From assembly GCA_048772705.1 (NCBI GenBank), contig JBLWGC010000140.1, positions 186,001 to 250,000 on the forward strand: 64,000 nt of DNA. Reading direction: 5' to 3'. Below, piece after piece: positions 38,012 through 48,000 of the stretch. The notes under the pieces were generated by a model. It did not search any database. It worked only from the letters and a program-made list of their open reading frames with translations, and was not told the DNA's origin. The DNA comes from Leidyana gryllorum EB-2025a. Its lineage: Eukaryota; Protista; Apicomplexa. The translations under genes were made by a program, and so were the position numbers. Each line of letters starts with the position of its first letter. The first letter of the stretch is position 1.

Positions 38012-38081
38012 GTGATGATTCCAAGTTGCCGCCCCAGTCTGACATCTCTCTGACTGAAAAGGCAAAAGCAGTAATTTCTGA
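38012..38081 (+). ncRNA. Box C/D snoRNA SNORD31/snR67-like, copy 4
   Basis: 70-nt near-identical copy with a GTGATGA C box. Confidence 0.9.
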
Positions 38082-38113
38082 CTTGACGACGACCATCGAA
38101 GCATAATTTGTGG

Positions 38114-38250
38114 GAGGCTACCGGCGTTCGCTGCATTGGCTCTCTTCAGCCCAATGTAACGGTCATGAGGTAGCCAGATCAAAGTGTTCCCTGCTCGAGG
38201 CGCTTCTCCTTTACCTATGAGACGAAGCCTCTTCTGGGACTCATACATCC
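38114..38250 (+). ncRNA. Box H/ACA snoRNA, copy B
   Basis: Stem ggctacc/ggtagcc, canonical H box AGATCA 38176, second hairpin, ACA at 38245. Pockets match copy A. Confidence 0.8.
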
Positions 38251-38271
38251 GTCCATCCCTTCGGAATAAGT

Positions 38272-38410
38272 GGCTGTCTTCTGAAACAAGTCCTCGCGAA
38301 ACCGACAGCGAGCGTCTTGATGTCCCGACAGCAAAACCAAATCTCGTGCTGTGGTCGCTCAATGGTCTCTTCGTTCTTACAGAGTTGGCCGCCGTCTACA
38401 ACCCACAACC
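38272..38410 (+). ncRNA. Candidate box H/ACA snoRNA (target not identified)
   Basis: Stem gctgtc/gacagc with an internal loop, H box AAACCA 38334, second hairpin tgtgg/ctaca, ACA at 38405. Confidence 0.55.
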
Positions 38411-39407
38411 CTTTACAGAATCCAAACACTGCATACAGCAGCGAGCAAAGCCGCAAACTCTTTCGAAAACCTAAAGAAGACAGTTTAGCGTCACGAATCA
38501 CAGAGAGACACGCCACAAATATGTTCAGTGCTGCCTACAATTGTGATCATGTTGACAGAGTTAACAGATGCCTTTGCACCTCATGTCCCAAAAGACTTCA
38601 GAGTAACTACTTAATGAACGGTGCACCTAAGCAGGCAGTCATATGTCTCGTCGGGTAGTGCCGGTCGTAAGCAGCGTGCAACAATAAGAACGGCGACAAC
38701 TGCTGGATTGTCGCCACCGGCCAGGACCGGTCCGGCGGGTGTCTGTGTCTCCGGGGCCGGCCGGCCCGGAGACGGAGACACAGACTAACACAGAGGAACA
38801 CAGAAGCTTAGAATCCGAGGCACTCAAAAAACCACTTTTTTACACGAACCCAGATAGATCATACTCCAAAAACATCCAAACCGGACCCAATTCCCGGAGT
38901 GGACCTAGATCGGGCCCGGTCGGTCCCCCCAGGGCTGGCCGGGACTACAAAACAGAGACATTGTCGGCAACCGGCCAGGTCGAGAGATTAGGGAGACGCC
39001 GTCTCCTTGCGCACATTACGGTACCACAGTGCTGCAAATGATGCATAGAGATACCACAATCCCCAACACCTCATCAATCTCGAAGTGGAGGCAGCAGGAA
39101 TAGGGAGGTGACTTGAGCAACGCCCACCAAACGGTGATGTCTGGAGGCCGTAAGTCGAATAAAAGAAAACTCGTCGCAACCGAACGACGGGACACTTGGG
39201 AAGTGTACGTGGTCACTCGATGTGCCCAGCTGCCCTTTCCGACGAAGCCGGGTGCCCCGTGTGCTTCCTAATTGAGCCTCGTCGACTGCTGAAACTCTTT
39301 GTCGTCTCCAGATGAATAGAGACGAAACGACCTCAAGTGTTGACTTGGCGGCCAGCAGGCCTGGGTACTTTACAGAGGCGAAGGGAATCAATGAACGGAT
39401 GAGCGAT

Positions 39408-39458
39408 GGAAGGAAAGAGGGCGACAGAAGGAAAGCGGGCGACAGAAGGAAAGCGGAC
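39408..39458. repeat. 18-nt tandem repeat gaaggaaagcgggcgaca (~3 copies)
   Basis: Seen directly. Confidence 0.75.
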
Positions 39459-39614
39459 AATGGGTACGCTGAGTCTATCTATGTGGGGCGACTGGCACTG
39501 GGGCGACTCGTACAGAGGCGACTGCGAAATTTCAAAAGTCGGTAAAGTTTGGTTTGCGCCTGTCGTCGCAGAATTTGATTTGGATTAGGCGCTTCCGGCA
39601 AGTGGGTGTGAGAG

Positions 39615-40739
39615 ATGAGCAAACTGGTGCCGACAATCCGGCGGAGTGTTTCCACCAATGGAACACACAGTCACACCACCCACGGGTGGTCTTTGTGGTT
39701 AGAGGCCTCGCTTGCAGGGTGGTGCTGTTCGACAGACACTACTTCAGTAGAGGACATTGCCACGGTACCTTCATTCTTACCACAGGAGGTGGACCTGAAC
39801 GCGGAGCCCCCGGCATTTTGGCGTCTGCCAGGTCTGCCGCAGACGCAACCTTTGGATCCGAAGTTTGCATTTCTGTGTCACAGAGTGGGCCCACGCTGGC
39901 ATGAGACTCCAATGATGACGTATCTGTGGTCTCATCGCGAGAGCCCGAACGACGGATGGATTACAGTCTTACCTCGGGCTGGGAGACAGTACTTCCACGT
40001 GTACGCCGGACCCGACAGCTTCCGCGAGGACGGAGAGACTGGGGCAGTGATACCAAGTCTGGGCTTTCAGTCCGTTTGCACTTGGGCAGCAGTGACCTGT
40101 GAGAAATCAGGACAGATTTTAGAGGTATCCACAAGGGGGGGGCCCATTACGAAAAAAGCCGTTCGAAAGCAACGGTTAATGAATTGGGCTGTTCTCCGTG
40201 ACCCTTCGACCGTCGTGGAGACAGCTGCAGCACCGGTGACCGATCAGGGGTGCATCGCTTTGACCGCGATGGCGGACGAGGAGCGGAAAAAGTACTCTCG
40301 AAGGTTGTTGAGCCTCGAGGTCGATGCAATACACGCCAAGTCAGCCGTGAATGTGCCCGTCAAAGACTGGAGGTGCAGTCCCAAGACTGTGCAGCTACTC
40401 TATCTGCAGCGAGGGTCTTCAACAAGGTTTGCGGGGCAGTTCTTCAAGGCGTTGGAAGCCTTTGCCGGCAGCTTCATGGGAGGCTGGGTGTCCATCGAGT
40501 GCATTGACGGCGAGGGCTACCGATACGACTTTAAATGGGGAGACGCCGATCAAGTAGTACATGCGCATAGACGCGTGGTGGTCACTGGTGAAGGCTGGGA
40601 GGGAAAAGATGTGCCGCAGCCCGACGAGAAATCCTCCAAAAAGCGATCCTCCAGCAGCAGCAGGAAGCGGTCCCCCAGCAGCAGCAGGAAGCGGTCCCCC
40701 AGCAGCAGCAGAAAGCGGTCCAGCAGCAGACACCGCTGA
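39615..40739 (+). CDS. Orphan family member 1 with C-terminal SSSRKRSP repeats
   Basis: 374-aa ORF that shares motifs with the next two ORFs; 24-nt repeats at 40640-40730. Confidence 0.7.
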   Translation: MSKLVPTIRRSVSTNGTHSHTTHGWSLWLEASLAGWCCSTDTTSVEDIATVPSFLPQEVDLNAEPPAFWRLPGLPQTQPLDPKFAFLCHRVGPRWHETPMMTYLWSHRESPNDGWITVLPRAGRQYFHVYAGPDSFREDGETGAVIPSLGFQSVCTWAAVTCEKSGQILEVSTRGGPITKKAVRKQRLMNWAVLRDPSTVVETAAAPVTDQGCIALTAMADEERKKYSRRLLSLEVDAIHAKSAVNVPVKDWRCSPKTVQLLYLQRGSSTRFAGQFFKALEAFAGSFMGGWVSIECIDGEGYRYDFKWGDADQVVHAHRRVVVTGEGWEGKDVPQPDEKSSKKRSSSSSRKRSPSSSRKRSPSSSRKRSSSRHR

Positions 40740-40830
40740 TCACAATTTTTCAGCTGAACATTTATTCGTGGATCATTATTTGCCTCTGCCGCCGGTTCAC
40801 CACCAACACTGTATGCACTTTCCCTATTAG

Positions 40831-41922
40831 ATGGCTCCTTTAACACGCATCAACCAGAAAGTGGATCACACCAGCGTCGACCGGCTGTCGGCCTCCTGTT
40901 TGCTCCAGATGGTGGGAGATGTAGTATGGACCACGACAACAGGTTCCGGGGCGATGGAGACACCAACTTCCAGTGTCGTCGTTGAGGGAGAAGGCTCTCA
41001 TTTCCAATCAATGGCCGCTGATGTCCACGTGGCCCGGCCAAAGTCACCCGCTCCCAAACCGAACCCCAAAATGGTAACTACACCAGTGTCGGTCGATCAG
41101 GATGAGTGGTTGTTCCGATCAAACTGGACCGAGAGGAGCTGCGAAAGATTGGTCGGCCAACTCCTGTGGCACGCGGAGTCCGAGTTTATTAAACACTGCG
41201 ACGTGATATACACTTGGAACGGTCGCCGATATCCGGAGGGGGGCCAAGTGACCGCTCGTCTGCCAAACAACACTACCCTCAAATTCCATGGCGGCGACAA
41301 CTTTTCCAGGGATGGCTCGCCAAACCCCTTATTGGAGCGACTCATGGAATGGGCAACTCATTGCAACCTGCCCGAAGATGCGGTTCTCATCATTAACAAT
41401 GACGAAAAAGTTGCAGTGATCTCGGGATGGGAAGGCACCCAATACAAAACCCTCTCCGTGAACATCACTGGCGACCACCTTGAGGATATTGACTGGAAGC
41501 CCCCTTCCAAAACACACACACACACACACACCGAGCACCAGCCCCGCTCGACCCCCGTTTCGCCGCTGACGTGGTGTTTCACACCCGCCGCGCTCAGAAA
41601 TCTGATGCGGGGAAGTCAAAAGTACAGTTTATTCGCTTCCAACTTCCTCAAGTCTCTGCAAGCGACCCTGTCGTATTCGGGTGGGAAGGTCACTGTGCGG
41701 GAAGTGGAGTCCGATGAGTGTGCGTTCGAAATTTATGAAGCCAACAACAATAAAGTGCATCGCATCTATGTACCCCAGAGAGAGCAATGGTCGGACATGG
41801 CAGCCCTGAGAACCCAGACACGAGAAGAATGCCTGAATTGGGAAGACCAGATCGCCACCACTGCAGAGGAAAGCACCACACTAACAACAACAACGAGCGC
41901 GCAGGTTCAGACATTACAGTAG
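40831..41922 (+). CDS. Orphan family member 2
   Basis: 363-aa ORF that aligns by eye with member 1 in two blocks. Confidence 0.7.
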   Translation: MAPLTRINQKVDHTSVDRLSASCLLQMVGDVVWTTTTGSGAMETPTSSVVVEGEGSHFQSMAADVHVARPKSPAPKPNPKMVTTPVSVDQDEWLFRSNWTERSCERLVGQLLWHAESEFIKHCDVIYTWNGRRYPEGGQVTARLPNNTTLKFHGGDNFSRDGSPNPLLERLMEWATHCNLPEDAVLIINNDEKVAVISGWEGTQYKTLSVNITGDHLEDIDWKPPSKTHTHTHTEHQPRSTPVSPLTWCFTPAALRNLMRGSQKYSLFASNFLKSLQATLSYSGGKVTVREVESDECAFEIYEANNNKVHRIYVPQREQWSDMAALRTQTREECLNWEDQIATTAEESTTLTTTTSAQVQTLQ

Positions 41923-41982
41923 TTAGTTACTTCAGGTAGGGCCTGACACCCACGGACGTTTTTGTGCTTTTTACTCCACTTA

Positions 41983-42954
41983 ATGACGCCTCTGCGATGC
42001 TCTCCAACCGCTGGCTCAAGTCCGTCTTCAAAGCTCCAATTCTGGTGGCTCCATCCCTTAGTGACTTCGGGGGTCACGTTGCTGCCAGAGGACATCGCCA
42101 ATAAGACTGAAAGTCGCTCGTTCTGTTGCTGCTGGAAGACTCGGAAGCTGCCGACTCGCACCCTGACGGCAGAGGCAGCAGCAACAGCATACACAATACT
42201 CGAGGCGCCAGGCGCGCCTGCGAGAAGAGAGATGCCCCTCACCATGAAGGCGCTCGTTGAGGGGGTGGTGTCGCATGGCTACCGGCTGCATTGGACGCCC
42301 GAGAACCCCTCGTGGTATCTGATTCGCTATCCTAACACTGGGCAGTGGCTGAGACTCGAGTCGGAAACACCAATGATGGGGGATAATTCGGAGTTTGATG
42401 AGGACTGGCTGTGTGCTCTGCGATGGGCGCCCCGAGCGGCAGAACGAAATGATTGGCATATGGGGAGGTGTGTATTGTGCCGAGACAAGGTGACTGGGGA
42501 CTTTGAGTTGCGGTACTATACAAGAAGCTTGAGTAGACTTTTGATAATTGACCGTCTCCCTCCAGATAGAGAGTTCTTCAATCTTCGGGGGAGCGTGAGA
42601 CAGCTGAAGGATTGGGGAAAGGCTCCGCAGCCGCCTGTGGAGAAGTGGGAATGGACGAGGGAAGCCCAAGCGGCTGTGAAGACACTGACTGATTCGGCTC
42701 TGGCGGATCTCAAGAGTCAACTGCTCGACATGCTGCCCAGGCTGGCGGGTACCAACAGTGTCAAAGTGTCGGTCAGCAACAAGATTTCATTCACCAAAAC
42801 GTTCGAGTTTCAACTGAGCAGTAACGAACTGCTCCGAATTTTGGTCAACGGCGCTCCAAGGTTCCCCGAATTCGTTGCTGATAGCAGTCGTCCTTTTAGT
42901 ACGCAAGCCTCTACCAGCTCTCCTCAGTGCAGCAAAGAGCTGCAAATTGATTAG
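41983..42954 (+). CDS. Orphan family member 3 (more diverged)
   Basis: ~320-aa ORF with a PV..W.WT block and C-terminal pattern like members 1 and 2. Start uncertain. Confidence 0.6.
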   Translation: MTPLRCSPTAGSSPSSKLQFWWLHPLVTSGVTLLPEDIANKTESRSFCCCWKTRKLPTRTLTAEAAATAYTILEAPGAPARREMPLTMKALVEGVVSHGYRLHWTPENPSWYLIRYPNTGQWLRLESETPMMGDNSEFDEDWLCALRWAPRAAERNDWHMGRCVLCRDKVTGDFELRYYTRSLSRLLIIDRLPPDREFFNLRGSVRQLKDWGKAPQPPVEKWEWTREAQAAVKTLTDSALADLKSQLLDMLPRLAGTNSVKVSVSNKISFTKTFEFQLSSNELLRILVNGAPRFPEFVADSSRPFSTQASTSSPQCSKELQID

Positions 42955-42977
42955 GGATTTTTGAAAACTGATCCCTC

Positions 42978-44705
42978 ATGACAGTCACCTGTATAACATA
43001 CAACAGAAGGACCGGCTGTACGTCGCCGTCATACGCCAGGAGCAGCAGAGAGACAGCATGGGTATCATTTGTAATGTCATTGACCCCTACCACCATCGAC
43101 AGTTGTGACCACGGAGAAGTATTAAGCGGCCCCCGCGTCCCCGTCCCCCTTCCGTTACCAAAGGGTCGACCCAATTCAGACCCCACTTCTTGGATCACAG
43201 GTCACCGGACGTCAGCCTATCAGTCTGTCGCTCGTGAGAAGGCTGCGTTGAAGAAGGTTCAAGCGATGCGTCAGGACATTGTTGCAGTACTCTTTAACAC
43301 ACTACTCATCAAACAAGCCGACGGGCCTCCGCCTCCCAAGGAATACACCCCCCGCGAGACTTTGTGCTTTTCCGATGAGGACATACCCTTTGCGGACGAC
43401 GACGGCGAGGACGACGAGACCCACCAAACTCTTTCTCCTCCTCTCGAGCCAAACTCAAAGTCAGACATAACGGAGTCTTTTGAGTCGATGTCACAGGATT
43501 TCTCCACTGATGTTGCGGTCACAAAATCCTCATCATCTTTATTCGACGCCAACCGGCTGTTCGTGTCACAAATGACTCAAGGGCGAGAAGAGACATGGCT
43601 CGAACCGCTTATCCAGAGAGATCGGTGGTACAACTTTGTCCGTCAAGAGTACTTTGTCACCAGTTTGACTATACCGCAGGTGACTGACCTGGATGAGGAT
43701 GACGGCGGAAGCAGCCTCCCCTGTACAGCCTTCCGCATCCTTCACCCCGAGACGCACCTGTGTACGCACCTCGTCTTCTTCTTCCCCCGAGGACGCGTCT
43801 GCATCTCCAAGCCTGATGCTACAAAGGCTGTTTGGATTGACTCCTCTCTGCCCGCCGGAGATCCCGTCGCAGACCTGTCCCTTCCTCAAGAGCCTCTCGA
43901 CCTCGCCGACCCCGTCCAAATAGTTGGTTTTGTTGATTACTTATGCAAAGTCTATTCCATCCCTTTGACACGCCACTCTTCTTCTCCGACGGCGGCTGAT
44001 TCTAAAGAAAACAAGAGAAACAGCTTCTGGTCCTTCCGATCCGGCGATCGGCTCAACGCCTTCGCGAACGCGGCAGCCAAAGTAGCTAGAAGTGCGACAT
44101 GGAGACTACGAGGAAAGGACCGTCCGTCTAGAGACATGCCCTTGAGGAAACTCTCTCAGTCTGCTCCTGCGCTCAACTCGGAACCATCCAACGCGACATC
44201 GAGGCGACGCCCTGACTCCACGCCACCGTGGACGAGATATAATGGGATGGAGGGTGTCGACTGTGGTGGGGCTGTGCCGAAAACGGACGCCAATGCCGAC
44301 GGTACCGCTAACAATACAAAGTCTTCACCGACCACTGGAGAGAGAAGAATGTCACTGAAGCGTGTTGTTTCCAAGGTACGCGGCCGAAGTGACCAGAAGG
44401 GGGGGTCCAAGTCGTCGGAGGGAATTTCGAGTTTAAACTGTTGGAGTTCAACGGGAACCAGCAGTCCGGCTCCCACCCGGGGGGGCGAAGGCGCCTACCA
44501 CTACGGCACATTGCCCGTCCCCCTTGTTCCAGAAGGTGTTGGAGTGACGACAGGTCAGAAACGTCCAGGTGGGAAGCCCAGGTCGATGACAAGTGGTGCA
44601 GTACCAACGGGGACTGCCCCTCGTTGTTCCCGCCCCTCGTCGACACTAAACCGATTGAGAGAGCGATTTGGGGCAGTGGGAAGGTTTGTGGCTGTGGCCG
44701 CCTAA
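42978..44705 (+). CDS. Hypothetical protein with Ser/Arg-rich disordered C-terminus
   Basis: 575-aa intronless ORF. Confidence 0.7.
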   Translation: MTVTCITYNRRTGCTSPSYARSSRETAWVSFVMSLTPTTIDSCDHGEVLSGPRVPVPLPLPKGRPNSDPTSWITGHRTSAYQSVAREKAALKKVQAMRQDIVAVLFNTLLIKQADGPPPPKEYTPRETLCFSDEDIPFADDDGEDDETHQTLSPPLEPNSKSDITESFESMSQDFSTDVAVTKSSSSLFDANRLFVSQMTQGREETWLEPLIQRDRWYNFVRQEYFVTSLTIPQVTDLDEDDGGSSLPCTAFRILHPETHLCTHLVFFFPRGRVCISKPDATKAVWIDSSLPAGDPVADLSLPQEPLDLADPVQIVGFVDYLCKVYSIPLTRHSSSPTAADSKENKRNSFWSFRSGDRLNAFANAAAKVARSATWRLRGKDRPSRDMPLRKLSQSAPALNSEPSNATSRRRPDSTPPWTRYNGMEGVDCGGAVPKTDANADGTANNTKSSPTTGERRMSLKRVVSKVRGRSDQKGGSKSSEGISSLNCWSSTGTSSPAPTRGGEGAYHYGTLPVPLVPEGVGVTTGQKRPGGKPRSMTSGAVPTGTAPRCSRPSSTLNRLRERFGAVGRFVAVAA

Positions 44706-45001
44706 TGAGAAAACATTTTCTCAGGAATTAAACATCACAGGTTTCATACTTTATTCAATCTATTCTTTTGAGCCCGAGGGACTCAATGAGTCACAGCTTC
44801 GTTCCGGCCAACTGATTGATCGATGGGCTGCACCACCCGACAGCCTTTCATCTCGTATACTGCCTCCCTGGAGGTCTATCACTTTTGATGATTTATTTCC
44901 GTACTTTGTGCCAAACTTGCTATTGACTGAGTGAGCACCTATGTGACTGCTGGACCAATTCGACGGTCGGCCTCGGACTTTGCGCTGGGCGAGGCGATCG
45001 G

Positions 45002-48000
45002 ATGAACTCAATTGCGGCTCCGCTGGGGAGAAGCAATTTTTTTTTTCAGCGATTGAGAACCCCGGGAATGGGTCCATCAGTGCGAAGTAGGAATGGTCGG
45101 GAGGTATACAGTGTTCACAAGCGGTTAATCCAATGTATTGAGTTCTTGAGTCTGATGCAAGACACAACTCTCGCTGCTGGAGTCGTCGAGGGACCACAGC
45201 AACGACTATCTCGATGCTATCAAGAGCTCTCAAGAACTGATCGCCAATGGAAGTTGTACGATCGAATGACACTGCGTCGAGCTCTGAGGGCAATGTTGGA
45301 AGCAGAGCTTCGTCATGAGGCGGCCTCGCGGCCTCTCCAGACGACAACTGATTTTGACACCCTGGATACCGCCATCACTGACTTGGACTCTGCCACACAC
45401 TCCCAATCACCCACCTCATCCACTCAAGGAGGATATTGTCCGGCTGAGGAGGCCCACGAAGCTTTGGTTGAAACTATGGCGACGTATTTGGAGCATATTC
45501 TACCCGACCGTTGTGCACGTCTGCGAGCGGGTGGCGACTCGCTCAAGTCCAAGTTGTGGAGAGCAGATGTGGAGAGACTGGTAGAACGCCTGGTGGACAG
45601 ATCAATACCCCGCGGAACGAAACGAGAGAAGAAAAAGTATTCAGCTCGAGCGAAATGTGAAGCCATAATTCGACAGCTCAGCCTCTGGCTGAACCACGAG
45701 AGTGATGGAGACAATCGTCATTCTTCTAATTCGCCTTCAGCATCGACATCGTGCCTACAACTTATCTCCGCCGATGTTCAACCTTTCATTTGTCCCAAGT
45801 GGGAGTGCCCCACCAAGACTTTCACTTTGAATCGATCCGAAGTGTCTGAGGGTTGGACGCTGGGTGATTTGTATCGGCCAGGGGCCGTTCACGTCCCCAT
45901 TGACTTCTGCGATTCATTTGTCATTCCAAGTGGAGAGGTCAGTAGAGATCATTTGGATTTTCCTTTAGAACTCACGGAGCTTTTGGAGAGAGTACTGGAC
46001 CTTATTTACAAGTCACCTCCCGACACGTACCACAAAGTCAGAGTGTCGATGGTCGAAACCGAGGGTGGACCGATATTCTTCCGAGCCGTTCTGATGGCAG
46101 CGACACCCGTCTTCCTCACATCTCCAGTTCTGGGATGGTTTCGTCCGACTTCATCATCTCGCACACTCGACCTCTGGGCGACACCAGATCACGCTGGTGC
46201 CCGAGATCGGAAACCTCGCACCACTCAAATTACCGCCGTCAGAGGGAATCAGTACATTGGCTACAAATTCAGACCGGGCGATGCTGATGGTAAAGGAGTC
46301 ATCGCCACGCCCAATAGGGTCGTCGGTATCCAGATCGATACCAAATCGGTTGAAGATCCCACGATCTATGGTCTCGAGAAACTGCATCTGAAGGTCATTT
46401 ACCGTTTAATGGATGATTACGACGTCACTCCCTTTACCCACAGTCTCTATGTAACAGCCGATCGTGTGGAACTGCGCAAACTCCCCGCCGAAGACAACTC
46501 GTCATCATACGGCCACCAAGTCATCGCCAACGTCCACATACCTTCGGGTGAGAAGATGCTCACTTGCAGTCCCTTCTGCTTCCTGACGGTCAAAAATAGA
46601 GGCAGTGCAGAGTGGAATAAGGCTATGAGGACGGCTCAGTCGATTGACTATGACATCTCGAAGCTCCACACAGTGTGCCATGACGACTATCTCCGACATC
46701 TCTGCTTCCAACAAGTCAATCCTCATGTACGACGGGAACGCGATAATCACATCATAGGAGCCACAATATTTGCATTTCAAAACCGCATTCGCCGCGATGA
46801 AGCGCGAAATCTCATTTTATCCGATATCCCCTTAACCGAAATCGGCGATATTACCCCAACTCGCCGAGACACCCCAATTCAACAACAAGACGCCCCTGTT
46901 GCTGACGACTCTATACCACCGCCCCCGCCGCCGCCACCGTTTCAATTACCGCCTGGTAACCCTCCATTGGACGAGACAGTGCAGCGAAACAGTTTGGCGT
47001 TGTTGACGGAACTCCGAAATAACGCTCAATTCAAGCGACGATCACACACAGACTCCACCACTCCCCGTCAGAGCCCTCGCGATGACCTCCCGCCGCCGAC
47101 GCATTCAACTCGCCACTCCAGCATTGATTTGAATGGGCTTCGAGACTCAACCCCCTCCGCTCGGATAGGGGGTGGTATACCGGAGACGGAGACAGCGAAT
47201 GGAGGACATCAGTCCGGGCCCTTCCACAGCAACGCCCACAGGATCTCAAGTCTGCACGAAATAGAGTCGAGACAGACCGATATGTCTCGAGGGGCGGACG
47301 ATATTGTGTGGGAACGGATGCCGTGTGTCCTCTCCCATGATGAGCATCACCACCACCACCATCGAGGGTGGGAGCCTACAGCTGAAGCGATACAGCCCGC
47401 CAGCAAATATCCCGCCCCCGTCAACGGATACCCCCACTCTTATTTAAGTGGGGCAGACAGTGTACGACCGGACCTCTCCTACGACCAGCAGTCTCAGATG
47501 GCGGCTGTGGAACATCGCAATGGAGACTATGTTGAATACGAGACTCCGAGCCGAGCAGATTTATGGTTCCTCCAGAAAGGAACACGCGACACGACCGACA
47601 GCCCCAATACCCCCATCCACAGGCAACAGTGTTATGAACACGGACTCATTCTTCCCGAAGACATGGAGCAGCGGTGCTCGATGAGTGCAGTGCCACACGA
47701 CGCATTCCCTTTCCACCACGCGCGCAGAGAGGTACACGGACCACCCGTTCCCGGACATCAAGCGCGCTTTGTTTCCGAGGAGGAAGACGTTCCGGGATCA
47801 CTTCAATCTCACCACGATGCGAACGGCAGAGGAGCTGCACTAAACGCCAGGGGACTTCCCATCAGTCCCCCCTACGACGATTATCGGGTCTGGAGACCAT
47901 CGGCTGCGAACGCTGAAGCCGTTCACAACAGTGATATAGCCAACTCGTCTTTCCACCCGGGTCCGAACGAGTGCGGACTACCGACTGTTGACCTTCGCCG

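Noticed and set aside
37621-38081. CRISPR-like repeat-spacer array
   Set aside because: The repeats are 70 nt with C/D boxes and an rRNA antisense element, the spacers are unequal, there are no cas genes, and the context is eukaryotic.
38968-38995. AACCGGCCAGGTCG resembling SRP RNA helix 8
   Set aside because: It lacks the GNRA loop with the AGCAG partner strand, and no Alu domain is visible.
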